Positions 8,455 to 18,568 of a DNA stretch of 64,000 nt are shown piece after piece; within the stretch, counting starts at the first letter, position 1, and every line of letters starts with the position of its first letter. The position numbers were made by a program, and so were the translations under genes. The DNA is taken from contig CAYPFW010000002.1 of NCBI GenBank assembly GCA_964410585.1, positions 64,001 to 128,000 of the forward strand, written 5' to 3'. Source of the stretch: an uncultured archaeon. Its GTDB lineage: Archaea; Aenigmatarchaeota; Aenigmatarchaeia; QMZP01; JACQNV01. Under the pieces are notes generated by a model. The model did not search any database, was not told the origin of the DNA, and was given only the letters and a program-made list of their open reading frames with translations.

Positions 8455-8600
8455 AAGCCTATTTCAAGTAAAGTGTTTGGTTTTGTATTCGTATCCGCAT
8501 ATCTTATCCATTTTGGTAGGATCCTGAAGTTGAAAGAACCGCAAGATTTTCTTTTTTTAGAAAATCTAGAATCATTTTTTCTTTTCTTCAGTATTCGTTT
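8451..8600 (-). pseudogene. internally deleted remnant of a pyridoxamine 5'-phosphate oxidase-like gene
   Basis: MILDFLKKENLAVLST in one frame joined to FRILPKWIRYADTN..LLEIGF* in another. Confidence 0.4.
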
Positions 8601-8678
8601 GGACTTTTTCCAAATTTAAAAGACTAGCTACCTGTTTTGATACTGTCTGTTTTATCAGCAGGATTGGCAAGTAAATGA

Positions 8679-9146
8679 ATGGAATCAATATCACAATTCA
8701 TGGAATCAGATCATGTGAGGCTAAACAAAATTTTCTCTGATTTTCAACAATTAAAAAACTCAGATCTGAAAAAAGCAAAAGAGGTTTTCTTAGAGTTTGA
8801 GTCTGGTTTGAAAAGACATATTCTTTGGGAAGAGGAAATAATTTTTGTACTTATAGGCGACAAAATAAAAATAAAAAAGGGTACATCAGCCGGGAAAATG
8901 TTAAGCATGCTTAGTATGCAACATACCCAAATAATAGAGTTTTTGCAACACATAAAAATTGGGCTCGAAAACGAAAAACAAGAAGCAGAGATTGAACAAC
9001 TTCTTTTGGAAATTCTCCAAGACCATAATAATGCAGAGGAGGGAATAGCCTATCCTTTAATAGACGATTTACTTTCAGATGATGAAAAAGAAAACGTTTT
9101 TTCAAAAATGAAAAATTTTCCGAAAGAAAGATATATTAACATTTAA
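8679..9146 (+). CDS. hemerythrin-like (HHE) domain protein
   Basis: MESDHVRL, RHILWEEEI, QH, HNNAEEGIAYP. Confidence 0.85.
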   Translation: MESISQFMESDHVRLNKIFSDFQQLKNSDLKKAKEVFLEFESGLKRHILWEEEIIFVLIGDKIKIKKGTSAGKMLSMLSMQHTQIIEFLQHIKIGLENEKQEAEIEQLLLEILQDHNNAEEGIAYPLIDDLLSDDEKENVFSKMKNFPKERYINI

Positions 9147-9507
9147 ATTTTTCGCAGCCGACACAAGAGGCAGCTATACATGAGTCTGAAACATGACCCC
9201 ATTTAATGTTGAATTTTTTTGTCGTGTCAATTAATTGTTTTAGCTCTTCGCCTTTTTTTGTGATAGAATATAGAGTTTTTTTGCCCTCTCCCCTCTTTAT
9301 TATACCCTCAGATTCCATTTCTTTTAATTGTTTTGAAAGGATCCTTGGTGTAGTCCCGGATTTTTTAAGAAAATCATTGAAGCCTGTAAACTTGCCTAAA
9401 TAAATCTCCTGAAAAACAGGCAAAAACCACTTTGATCCAAAATGATTGTCAATTACTTTGCACTCCATGCACTTCTTTTCTATGCAATCTTTCCAAAAGA
9501 CCTGCAC
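9136..9507 (-). CDS. HxlR/DUF24 (MarR-type) regulator with extra Cys
   Basis: GSKW, TPRILSKQLKEMESEGII, YSITKKG; SD GGAGG before GTG; Cys-rich termini. Confidence 0.85.
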   Translation of the reverse strand: MQVFWKDCIEKKCMECKVIDNHFGSKWFLPVFQEIYLGKFTGFNDFLKKSGTTPRILSKQLKEMESEGIIKRGEGKKTLYSITKKGEELKQLIDTTKKFNIKWGHVSDSCIAASCVGCEKFKC

Positions 9508-9634
9508 TAGAAACCTCCTTTGTGTTTCTTTCCCGAAGAAAAGGTTTGAGATCCCAAAAGAAGGGATTTACAAACTTTTCGGAGATGTCCTATCCCAAAG
9601 AAAGGGATATTTAACTATTCTTTTTGAAAAACTC

Positions 9635-9702
9635 AGTATCAACTTTGATAGTATATTCTTGGACAGTATACTAATAAATCCTGCAGTATCTTTTTGGATA
9701 CT
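9635..9702. promoter_or_regulatory. AGTATC-N6-GATACT palindromes (putative HxlR-family operators)
   Basis: 9635-9652 and 9685-9702; related sites at 8627-8644 and 10955-10972. Confidence 0.6.
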
Positions 9703-9738
9703 ACTTTCTATTTATTCAGTTAATGCAATAAGCAGAAT

Positions 9739-10956
9739 ATGCCTCGACCTAAAATCAAACCAGAGCTCATGGCGCCTGTTGGCAATTGGACAATGTTAAA
9801 GGCTGCGATAGATGCAGGTGCAGATGCTGTTTATTTTGGTGTTAAAAAGCTCAATATGCGTGCAGGTGCGCAAAACTTTTCTTTGGAAGAGCTTCTGGAT
9901 GTTATTTCCTTTTGCCACAAAAACAATGTCAAGGCATACCTTACTTTGAACACGATTATTTTTGAAAATGAAGTATCAGAATTAAAGGAGATTTTAACTG
10001 AAGCAAAGAGAGCAAAAATAGATGCAGTTATATGCTGGGATCTTGCAGTTATTTCGCTTGCAAAAAAAATTAAAATCCCAATTTTTCTGTCAACTCAGGC
10101 ATCTGTGTCAAATTCAGATGCAGCAAAACTGTATAGTAGTCTTGGTGTGAAAAGAGTTGTTTTAGCAAGGGAGTGTAATTTGGACCAAATAAAGGAAATT
10201 GTTAAAAACTCAAAAATGGAAGTTGAAGTCTTCATCCATGGAGCAATGTGCATATCTGTTTCTGGGCGCTGCTTTTTGAGCCACCATACATTTGCAAAGA
10301 GTGCAAATAGAGGAGAGTGTCAGCAGCCGTGCAGAAGCGAATATGAGATATATGATCAAGACAGAAAAAATTCGTTTATTTTGGGAAAGGACTATATCTT
10401 GTCTCCAAAAGATCTATGTACAATTGATTTTATTGACAAAATAATTGAGTCTGGTGTTTGTTCACTGAAAATAGAAGGGCGAAAAAGAAGTCCTGAATAT
10501 GTTTCTACTGTTGTTTCTGTATATAGAGAAGCCATTGACCTTTATTTTGAAAAAAGTCTTACAGATGCAAAGAAAAAAGAGCTTTCTGAAAAACTAAAAA
10601 CAGTCTATAATAGAGGTTTCTCTCCGGGGTTTTATTTTGGACAACCTTCTTCAAAAGATTTTTCAGAAACTCCAGGAAGTATAGCAACTACGCGAAAAAC
10701 AGATATAGCAAGAGTCAAAAACTTTTACAAAAAACAAAATGTTGTTTTGTTTAAACTACTTACAGACGAATTAAAAGTTGGGGATAAGATAATGATTCAG
10801 GGCCCGACAACAGGTGTTGTTGAGCATAAAATAGAAGGTATGATGGTAAACGAGAGAACTGCTGAAAAGGCAAAGAGAGGCGACATGGTTTGCATAAAAA
10901 TTGAAAAAGATGCTAGAAAAAATGATTTAGTTTTTTTGATAAAAAGTGCTGTATAG
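9739..10956 (+). CDS. U32 family peptidase-like Fe-S protein (TrhP-like)
   Basis: PELMAPVG, GADAVY, MCISVSGRC..GECQQPCR, LKIEGR. Confidence 0.9.
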   Translation: MPRPKIKPELMAPVGNWTMLKAAIDAGADAVYFGVKKLNMRAGAQNFSLEELLDVISFCHKNNVKAYLTLNTIIFENEVSELKEILTEAKRAKIDAVICWDLAVISLAKKIKIPIFLSTQASVSNSDAAKLYSSLGVKRVVLARECNLDQIKEIVKNSKMEVEVFIHGAMCISVSGRCFLSHHTFAKSANRGECQQPCRSEYEIYDQDRKNSFILGKDYILSPKDLCTIDFIDKIIESGVCSLKIEGRKRSPEYVSTVVSVYREAIDLYFEKSLTDAKKKELSEKLKTVYNRGFSPGFYFGQPSSKDFSETPGSIATTRKTDIARVKNFYKKQNVVLFKLLTDELKVGDKIMIQGPTTGVVEHKIEGMMVNERTAEKAKRGDMVCIKIEKDARKNDLVFLIKSAV

Positions 10957-11007
10957 TATATTCTTTGATACTATATGCTATATATCTAAACCCATCAAAA
11001 TAAATGT

Positions 11008-11130
11008 ATGGCTCAAACTTGTCCTGGAAGGGAAGTTTTTTCGGAAATGGTTCCTTTTGGATCAGAGAAAAATCAATGTGTTTTAGGTTTAGATGTGCCT
11101 TGTACAATATGTAAATACTACAAATTATGA
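11008..11130 (+). CDS. 40-aa four-Cys peptide
   Basis: MAQTCPGREVFSEMVPFGSEKNQCVLGLDVPCTICKYYKL; stop overlaps next ATG (ATGA). Confidence 0.55.
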   Translation: MAQTCPGREVFSEMVPFGSEKNQCVLGLDVPCTICKYYKL

Positions 11131-11825
11131 AAAATTCGCAGCCGAAAGCAGAAGAAAAGCATGAAGAAAGAAAGTCTGGGTGGAAAAATGCCTTCCTTGT
11201 GTTGGTTATTGTTTTTCTTATAACTTTTAGCTATTCTATTTTAAGATACAATGTTTTCAAGGGAGAAGGTATAGAGCATCTTCCTCTATACATATCAAAC
11301 AAAGCAATTTCTCTTGGAGCTACAATACTTATAGGCATTTCTTTCCTGTTGGGACCTTTATGTAGATTTTCAAAGAAGTTTGTTCCGAAACTTTATTTGA
11401 GAAAATATATAGGAATTCTGGGATTTGGTGTTGCAGCCATACATGGAATTATTTCGCTCCTTATTTTTAATCAAGCATACTATGGTAAATTTTTCCTTGA
11501 GTCAGGAAAACTTACTTTTGCAGGCGAACTTTCAATGCTTTTCGGTATCTTGGCAATATTTATGTTTGCAGTTGTTTCAATTACATCCCTTCCTTCTGTT
11601 GAATCTGGGCTACACCCAAAGCAGTGGAAGTTTATACAAAGATCAGGATACATAGCCTACTTTTTGGTTATTCTTCATGTTACACTAATGGGTTTTGGTG
11701 GGTGGTTTGATCCGACAAAATGGCCAGGTGGAATGTATCCAATAACACTCGTTGCTTTTTCATTTATATTGTTTGTTTTCCTGGTTAGGATAGTTGTTTT
11801 CGTTTTTCCAAAAAGGAGGGTCTAG
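11127..11825 (+). CDS. ferric reductase-like heme membrane protein (MsrQ/STEAP-like)
   Basis: LRKYIG..AAIH, ITSLPS, WKFIQRSGY..ILH. Confidence 0.85.
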   Translation: MKNSQPKAEEKHEERKSGWKNAFLVLVIVFLITFSYSILRYNVFKGEGIEHLPLYISNKAISLGATILIGISFLLGPLCRFSKKFVPKLYLRKYIGILGFGVAAIHGIISLLIFNQAYYGKFFLESGKLTFAGELSMLFGILAIFMFAVVSITSLPSVESGLHPKQWKFIQRSGYIAYFLVILHVTLMGFGGWFDPTKWPGGMYPITLVAFSFILFVFLVRIVVFVFPKRRV

Positions 11826-11845
11826 TTTTTAAATTCAATAAACTT

Positions 11846-12757
11846 ATGTTCGACTTAATCATAGTTGGAGCAGGTCCTGCTGGGATGTCAGCTGCTTTGT
11901 ATGCAGCAAGGCAGAAGCTAAGTTTTCTTCTTATTACAAAAAGTATAGGCGGTTTGGCAAATTATGTTCCGAGTCTCAAAAATTTTTTGGGCATCCATTA
12001 TATCACAGGATATGATCTTGTAAAAAAATTCCAAGAGCATCTAAAGGAATTTGGAATACCGATAAAAGAAGGGATAGATGTCGGGAAAATAACTCAAATA
12101 AAGGGTGGATTTAAAGTAAAGGCAGATGGTCAGGAATTTGAAACAAAATCAGTAATAGTGGCAAGTGGTAGACGTTTTAAGATGCTTGGGGTTAAGGGAG
12201 AATCAAAGTTTGAAGGAAAAGGCCTGAGTTTGTGCACAGCATGTGATGGTCCGCTTTTCAAAAACAAAACAATTGCAATAATCGGTGGAGGGCGGACAGG
12301 TTTATACTCTACTTTGTTCATGTTATCAGTTGCGAAGAAAATATACATACTTGAAAGAGAAAATGAGATAAAGGAACAAGGTGCGATAAAAGAAGTAGCC
12401 AAAATAGTAAAGGGCGCAAAAAACGTTGAAATAATTACAGGCGCTGAGACAAGGGAGATTTTTGGTGAGAAGTTTGCAAAAGGAATAAAATATGTTAAAG
12501 CTAAAAAAGAAAAGAGTTTAGAAGTAGATGGGATTTTTGTTGCGATTGGTTATGAGCCAAACACAGAATTCGTGAAAGATTTAGCTGAATTAAACAACAG
12601 GGGGGAATTGATAATTGATAAGAACAACATGTCTGATATACCAGGTCTTTTCGCAGCTGGAGACTGCACAGATCTGCACGAAAAGCAGGTTGTTGTTTCA
12701 GTTGGCGAGGGTGCAAAAGCAACATTGTCTGCAATAATGTATTTGGAGAGATTATAA
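11846..12757 (+). CDS. trxB: thioredoxin-disulfide reductase
   Basis: GAGPAG, CTACDGPLF, GLFAAGD. Confidence 0.85.
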   Translation: MFDLIIVGAGPAGMSAALYAARQKLSFLLITKSIGGLANYVPSLKNFLGIHYITGYDLVKKFQEHLKEFGIPIKEGIDVGKITQIKGGFKVKADGQEFETKSVIVASGRRFKMLGVKGESKFEGKGLSLCTACDGPLFKNKTIAIIGGGRTGLYSTLFMLSVAKKIYILERENEIKEQGAIKEVAKIVKGAKNVEIITGAETREIFGEKFAKGIKYVKAKKEKSLEVDGIFVAIGYEPNTEFVKDLAELNNRGELIIDKNNMSDIPGLFAAGDCTDLHEKQVVVSVGEGAKATLSAIMYLERL

Positions 12758-12758
12758 T

Positions 12759-13448
12759 ATGGTAGAATACAAATGTGAGGAGTGTAAAAAAGTATTTGAT
12801 TCAGAAGATGCTTTCAATCAACACAACCAGGCCAAGCATATAAAAGGCGAAAATCAAAAAAGCAAATTAAATGTAAAAAAATATTTGCCAGCAGTTGTTC
12901 TGATTTTAATAATTTTAGGTGCTGCTTATCTAATGACAAGTAAGCCAAAGTACGATATAAAAATAGATGTAGTAGATCACATAAAAGGAACAGGTCAAAT
13001 AGAGATTATCGAGTTTTCTGATTTCCAGTGTCCTGCATGTGGATTTGCCTATCCTGATATAAAAAAATTTGTTGAGCAATATTCAGATAAAGTAAAATTT
13101 GTTTACAAACATTTTCCTTTACCAAATCACCAATTTGCAGTAAAAGCTGCAGAGGCCTCAGAATGTGCAGCTGATCAAGGAAAGTTTTGGGAATACCACG
13201 ATAAGTTGTTTGAGAACCAAAAAGCACTGGCTGTTGATGATTTGAAAAAATATGCTCAAGAGATAGGCGTGGATTCATCTGAGTTTAATATTTGTTTAGA
13301 TAGCGGTGTGATGTCTTCAAGAGTTTCAAGTGGATACAACCAAGGTCAGTCGCTTGGTGTAGATGGAACACCTTCATTTTTCATAAAAGGACAGAAATAT
13401 CTGGGAGCCCAAAGCTTCGAGAAGCTAAAGCAAATAACTGGGCTTTGA
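12759..13448 (+). CDS. C2H2 Zn-finger + TM + DsbA-like domain
   Basis: CEEC..H..H; EFSDFQCPAC; GTPSFFI. Confidence 0.85.
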   Translation: MVEYKCEECKKVFDSEDAFNQHNQAKHIKGENQKSKLNVKKYLPAVVLILIILGAAYLMTSKPKYDIKIDVVDHIKGTGQIEIIEFSDFQCPACGFAYPDIKKFVEQYSDKVKFVYKHFPLPNHQFAVKAAEASECAADQGKFWEYHDKLFENQKALAVDDLKKYAQEIGVDSSEFNICLDSGVMSSRVSSGYNQGQSLGVDGTPSFFIKGQKYLGAQSFEKLKQITGL

Positions 13449-13558
13449 TATGATTGATATACTAGTTATGGAACCTGTAAGAGATCTATCATATATCTAA
13501 TAGCAGGAATTGTAATAGTAAATTTTACAGTGAATAAAATTGCATAGTAGAGAAATCT

Positions 13559-14878
13559 ATGAAACAACGGAATAGAAGTTACAAACTGAAAAAAGAACTT
13601 TCGCTTTTTTCAACTGTACTTTTAGGAATAGGGATAATTTTAGGTGCTGGAATATATGCACTCATTGGTGTTGGAGCCGAAGTGGCAGGAAACATGTTGT
13701 GGGCCGCCTTCGCTATTTCAGCAATAGTTGCGATTTTTACAGGCCTGAGCTATGCTGAGTTGTCGAGTATCTTTTCAAAAGACGCTGCTGAATATAACTA
13801 TACAAAGCAAGCCTTTGGAAAGGAGTGGCTGTCTTTTGGAGTTAGTTGGGTTCTAATAGTTGCTGGAGTGATATCAGCGGCGACGGTAGCTATTGGTTTT
13901 GCAGGCTATTTTTCCCATATATTTGGGGGTAATATAAATCTAATTGCTTTTGGTCTTGTAGTTATAATGAGCATACTAAACTATTTTGGAATGAGGGATT
14001 CTGCAAGATTCAATAACATTGCCTCTCTAATTGAGGCAGCTGGTTTGATTCTAGTCATAATAATTGGAATTTTCTTTTTAGGGAAATCAAACACGAACTT
14101 TTTTGAAATGCCAGCAGCAGGGTTTGCTGGGCTCATGTCTGCTGTTTCAATAATATTTTTTGCATATATTGGTTTTGAAAACTTAGCAAACCTTTCAGAA
14201 GAGGTCAAAAATCCAAGAAAAACATTACCGAAAGCGCTTGTAATTTCATTAATAATATCAACAATACTTTACATTTTAGTTTCTGTGGCATCTGTAGAAA
14301 TTTTAGGTGCTGAAAAACTGGCAGCATCAAAGGCTCCTTTGACAGAAGTTGTCACCAAAGCCATACCAAATGCCTCTCTCTTAATGTCTATAATTGCTTT
14401 GTTCGCAACTGGAAATACTGTGCTTATTATCCTTATAGTTGTTTCAAGAATTCTATATGGAATGTCAAACCAACATTCCCTTCCAAAATTCTGTTCAGCT
14501 GTTGGAAAAAGAGGAACTCCATATGTAGCAATAGCTCTTGTAGGTATAGTTACAGCTTTGTTTGCGGCTTTAGGTAACCTTAAGCTTATAGCATCAGTGA
14601 CTGATTTAGGTGTGTTTATTGCATACTTTTTTGTAAATTTGGCACTGATAAAATTGAGGTATAAAAAAGGATATATTGGAAGTGGTTTTAGGAGTCCGAG
14701 CATTGGAAGGTTTCCTATCCTGGCTCTTTTTGGTTTGATAACATCAGTTATATTGTTTTTCTATTTTGATTTGTATGTTTGGTTTTTGGAACTATTATCA
14801 ATAGTATTAGGATTCATAATCTATAGAGCTTTCAAAAGGAATCAGAAATACAAGTTATCTAAAAGATTTAGCACATGA
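13559..14878 (+). CDS. APC-family amino acid permease
   Basis: GIILGAGIY, SYAELSS, FFAYIGFE, EEVKNPRKTLP. Confidence 0.9.
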   Translation: MKQRNRSYKLKKELSLFSTVLLGIGIILGAGIYALIGVGAEVAGNMLWAAFAISAIVAIFTGLSYAELSSIFSKDAAEYNYTKQAFGKEWLSFGVSWVLIVAGVISAATVAIGFAGYFSHIFGGNINLIAFGLVVIMSILNYFGMRDSARFNNIASLIEAAGLILVIIIGIFFLGKSNTNFFEMPAAGFAGLMSAVSIIFFAYIGFENLANLSEEVKNPRKTLPKALVISLIISTILYILVSVASVEILGAEKLAASKAPLTEVVTKAIPNASLLMSIIALFATGNTVLIILIVVSRILYGMSNQHSLPKFCSAVGKRGTPYVAIALVGIVTALFAALGNLKLIASVTDLGVFIAYFFVNLALIKLRYKKGYIGSGFRSPSIGRFPILALFGLITSVILFFYFDLYVWFLELLSIVLGFIIYRAFKRNQKYKLSKRFST

Positions 14879-15280
14879 GCTGCAGCAAAAGGCAAATGTT
14901 TTAGATTTTATTTTTTTTCTATAGCCGCCCTGATAAACCTTGCATGCGCAGTGTGCGCATTCTGTGAGTTTTGGTTCAATTGCAATTTCTATAAGATTGT
15001 CAAATTTTGCCAGCAAATTTTTTACAAATGCTCTCCCCTGTGGAGTTAGAGTATATATTTTTTTATCTCTGTTACCTAGATCCTTTGAGAGTATGTATCT
15101 TTCGTTTTCAAGCTTTCTCAAAAATGGATAAACGTTTCCGGCACTTATTTTTTTCTTCAACCTGCCTTCAAGGTTTTTGATTATTTCGTATCCATGTTTT
15201 GGTTTTTCGTTCAATAGAAGCAAAGTGTAAAGTTTAGTCAAACTCGTCATGTTTTCTAGAGAATCCTTTGTCCTTACCAT
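14855..15280 (-). CDS. PadR-family regulator with C-terminal TRASH-like Cys domain
   Basis: HGYEIIK, GNVYPFL, YTLTPQG; CAHCAC..FCCSSC. Confidence 0.85.
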   Translation of the reverse strand: MVRTKDSLENMTSLTKLYTLLLLNEKPKHGYEIIKNLEGRLKKKISAGNVYPFLRKLENERYILSKDLGNRDKKIYTLTPQGRAFVKNLLAKFDNLIEIAIEPKLTECAHCACKVYQGGYRKKIKSKTFAFCCSSCAKSFR

Positions 15281-15322
15281 AGAATAATATGGGAACCTTT
15301 TTATATAAGCTTTCAAAATATA

Positions 15323-15343
15323 ATATATCAAAATATGATATAT
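15323..15343. promoter_or_regulatory. palindrome ATATATCA-N5-TGATATAT between padR and copA
   Basis: Perfect 8-bp arms in a divergent promoter region. Confidence 0.55.
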
Positions 15344-15407
15344 ATTAGTGGTTGTCAAGTTGGATGACTCTCTATTGTTGTGTAGAAAATGGTAAAATCA
15401 TAGTCAT

Positions 15408-17744
15408 ATGACAACGGAAAAAGTCCAAATCAGGGTAGAGGGCATGCACTGTGCTAGCTGCGCAGCTAAAATAAAATCTGCTTTAAAAAAGGTTGATGGA
15501 ATAAAAAATTCAAACGTAAATGCGCTTACTAAAATTGCGCTTGTAGAATTTGAAAGCAAAAAAATTGATTCTCATAAAATTATTAATTTGATAAAAGGTC
15601 TTGGTTATAAACCTTTTCTAGAATCAGTAGACCAAGGTTCCACTGCCACAGATCCTGTTTGTGGAATGAAGATTGAGAAAAGTAAGTCAATAAAAAAAGA
15701 ATTTGCTGGAAGAATATACTACTTTTGCTCTGAGGAATGTGTCAATAAGTTTGAGTCGCCTGAACAGGAATTAAAAAAAATGAAAAGAAGGGTCACAGTA
15801 GCCCTTTCTGGTGTGCTTTTCCTCGGAATAATTCGTGTAATAGCAATGTTCGCTTTGGCTGCAGGTGCCTCAATTGTGACATGGGTTCCAATACCAAGTC
15901 TTCCATATTTCACTTGGGGTGTTTGGCTCTTTTTGATAACAACGCCAATCCAGTTTATCGGTGGTTGGGGATTCTATAAAGGCGCATACACAGCTTTGGT
16001 GAACAAAAGAATAAACATGGATATTCTGATAACAATTGGTACTCTAACAGCTTACATATACAGCGTTTTTGTTGTTTTCTTCCCAAACGTTTTGCCTGTA
16101 GACGAAACTAATGTTTACTTTGAAGTTTCTGCTGTCATAATAGCTTTTGTTCTGCTTGGAAAATTTATGGAAGATTATATGAAAAGAAGGACGTCTGCTG
16201 CTGTCAGAAAATTAATGGATATGCGGCCGCAGACTGCAACAGTGATAAGAAATGGGAAGGAAAAAGAAATTCAGGCTGACCAAATTGTTGTCGGTGATAT
16301 AATTGTTGTAAGGCCTGGGGAAAAAATACCAACGGATGGAATTATAGTAAGTGGATACACTTCAATAGATGAGTCAATGGTGACAGGAGAGAGCATACCA
16401 GTTGAAAAAGAAAAAGGCGATGAAGTCATTGGTGCGACTGTGAACAAGCATGGTTTGATAAAATTTGAAGCGACAAAAATTGGTGCAGAAACGACATTGA
16501 TGCAGATTGTGAAAATGGTTGAAGAGGCCCAGGGATCGAGTGCGCCAATACAAAGACTTGCAGACAAAGTTTCCAGCTATTTTGTGCCAGCTGTAATCGG
16601 AATTGCTGTTTTGTCATTTTTAGTTTGGTATTTAGTTTTAGGTAACTTCACTCTTGGTCTTCTATCGTTTATAGCTGTTTTGATAATTTCTTGTCCATGT
16701 GCTCTGGGGATAGCGACACCTGCGGCGCTTATGGTTGGTGTTGGAAAAGGAGCAGAGAGCGGCATTTTGATAAGAGGTGGAGAGTATTTGGAACGGACAC
16801 AGAAATTGAACACGATTATTTTTGACAAAACAGGAACACTAACAAAAGGGCAACCTGTTGTCACTGATATTGTTTCAGAAAGCCCAAAAGACTTGATCAA
16901 GTTTGCTGTAATCGCAGAGAAAGGTTCAGAGCATCCTCTTGCAGATGCAGTAATGGAAAAAGCAGAAGAGATGAAAATAAAAATCCCAGACGCTGATAGG
17001 TTTGAGGCTGTTCCAGGGCATGGTGTGAAAGCTATTTTTGGAAAGAACAAGATATTTGTTGGAAACAGGAAACTGATGGCCAAAAATTCAATAGATATCA
17101 AGGCCTTTGAAAAAAGGATGGAAGGCCTGGAAAGTGAAGGGAAAACTGTGATGTTGGTTTCTTTGGATAAAAAAGTTCTGGGAATTGTTGCAATTGCAGA
17201 CACTTTGAAAGAAACGTCGAAGGAAACAGTAAAACAGCTTTCTGATTTGGGTGTTCAAACAATTATGTTGACGGGCGACAATGAGAAAACAGCTAAATCA
17301 ATTGCAAAAAGTGTTGGAATAGAAAATGTGATAGCAAATGTTTTGCCTGGAGAAAAAGCTAATGTTGTGAAAAAAATCCAAAAAGAGGGCAAGGTCGTTG
17401 CAATGGTTGGAGATGGGATAAATGATGCGCCTGCTTTAGCCCAAGCAGACATAGGAATAGCAATTGGTTCTGGGAGCGATGTTGCAAAAGAGACAGGTGG
17501 AATAATCCTTGTAAAAGATAATCTTCTAGATGTTGTAACAGGTATCAAGCTAAGCAAGGCAACAATGAGAAAAATAAAACAAAATCTATTCTGGGCATTT
17601 GCCTACAATGCAGCTGCAATACCAATCGCAGCTTTTGGAATGCTGAACCCAATAATAGCTGCAGCAGCAATGGCCTTGAGCTCGCTTACAGTTGTTGGAA
17701 ATTCTGCGCTTCTGAAGAGGTATAAAATAAGAGTTGAGAATTGA
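15408..17744 (+). CDS. copA: Cu(I)-transporting P1B-ATPase with HMA and YHS/TRASH domains
   Basis: [50 protein letters not shown]. Confidence 0.95.
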   Translation: MTTEKVQIRVEGMHCASCAAKIKSALKKVDGIKNSNVNALTKIALVEFESKKIDSHKIINLIKGLGYKPFLESVDQGSTATDPVCGMKIEKSKSIKKEFAGRIYYFCSEECVNKFESPEQELKKMKRRVTVALSGVLFLGIIRVIAMFALAAGASIVTWVPIPSLPYFTWGVWLFLITTPIQFIGGWGFYKGAYTALVNKRINMDILITIGTLTAYIYSVFVVFFPNVLPVDETNVYFEVSAVIIAFVLLGKFMEDYMKRRTSAAVRKLMDMRPQTATVIRNGKEKEIQADQIVVGDIIVVRPGEKIPTDGIIVSGYTSIDESMVTGESIPVEKEKGDEVIGATVNKHGLIKFEATKIGAETTLMQIVKMVEEAQGSSAPIQRLADKVSSYFVPAVIGIAVLSFLVWYLVLGNFTLGLLSFIAVLIISCPCALGIATPAALMVGVGKGAESGILIRGGEYLERTQKLNTIIFDKTGTLTKGQPVVTDIVSESPKDLIKFAVIAEKGSEHPLADAVMEKAEEMKIKIPDADRFEAVPGHGVKAIFGKNKIFVGNRKLMAKNSIDIKAFEKRMEGLESEGKTVMLVSLDKKVLGIVAIADTLKETSKETVKQLSDLGVQTIMLTGDNEKTAKSIAKSVGIENVIANVLPGEKANVVKKIQKEGKVVAMVGDGINDAPALAQADIGIAIGSGSDVAKETGGIILVKDNLLDVVTGIKLSKATMRKIKQNLFWAFAYNAAAIPIAAFGMLNPIIAAAAMALSSLTVVGNSALLKRYKIRVEN

Positions 17745-17925
17745 GAAGTTGGATATATAGTATTGTATATCAGAGTCTATCAATAACAATAAACAAGTAT
17801 ACAGCGTGCACCAACTATAGTATCTAACATATGACTTGGATATTGATTAGTAGTTGAAACCAATACACAGCGTGCATCAATTAACAGCTCACCTATGCCA
17901 CAACATGCGTTAGATACTATATATA

Positions 17926-18519
17926 CTAAGCTGACATAGAGGAATATTCTATTTCTATTTTGTCCTTATCTTTCATGAAATAGTTTTCAAAATCAGTGTT
18001 TGGTTTTCCATTAACAAACATTTTCACGCTGTTTTTGTCGTCGTTGCAGTAGTTAAATATGCAGCTTTTAGTGAATTGTTTTCCCCAGACTTTGAAAAAG
18101 AAATCCAATTTCATGTTTTGTTCTGTTGGATTTTGGTTTTCCAAATGGATAATATTATCTGCTTCATGAGTATGGACAGGCTGGTGAAAAGATGGGCTTA
18201 GGCCGATATTTGCTGGTATTGTTTGGTCTTGTCCGTTTATTTTTATTGTAAGATGTGGATGCCAATGTATAGGTCCTTTAGGGACATCAGATTCTGATAT
18301 GACATGTGTTGTTAAATCACCACTTCCATTGTTTGTAAACGCAAATATGCCAGCTGCAAGCGCAGCTATAACAACTGCAACCATGCCATATTTTAGAAAT
18401 CCCTTTCCAGAAATTGAACTAGGTTTTTTAGCTCCTTCAGAATGTTTAGATTGTTTGTGCTGCTCTAAACCTCCCACATGTCCAAACTCCTTATCACATT
18501 TATCGCATTTGAAACTCAT
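17926..18519 (-). CDS. C2H2 Zn-finger + TM + His-rich exported domain
   Basis: CDKC..H..H; HWHPHL, VHTHE, IIHLE. Confidence 0.8.
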   Translation of the reverse strand: MSFKCDKCDKEFGHVGGLEQHKQSKHSEGAKKPSSISGKGFLKYGMVAVVIAALAAGIFAFTNNGSGDLTTHVISESDVPKGPIHWHPHLTIKINGQDQTIPANIGLSPSFHQPVHTHEADNIIHLENQNPTEQNMKLDFFFKVWGKQFTKSCIFNYCNDDKNSVKMFVNGKPNTDFENYFMKDKDKIEIEYSSMSA

Positions 18520-18550
18520 AGGGCATATTGGATTTAGTATTATTTAAAAC

Positions 18551-18567
18551 TTTACAAAACTAGTAAA
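18551..18567. promoter_or_regulatory. TTTACA-N5-(T/A)GTAAA operator next to a minus-strand TATA box
   Basis: TTTACAaaactAGTAAA beside TTTTAAATA. Confidence 0.5.
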
Positions 18568-18568
18568 T

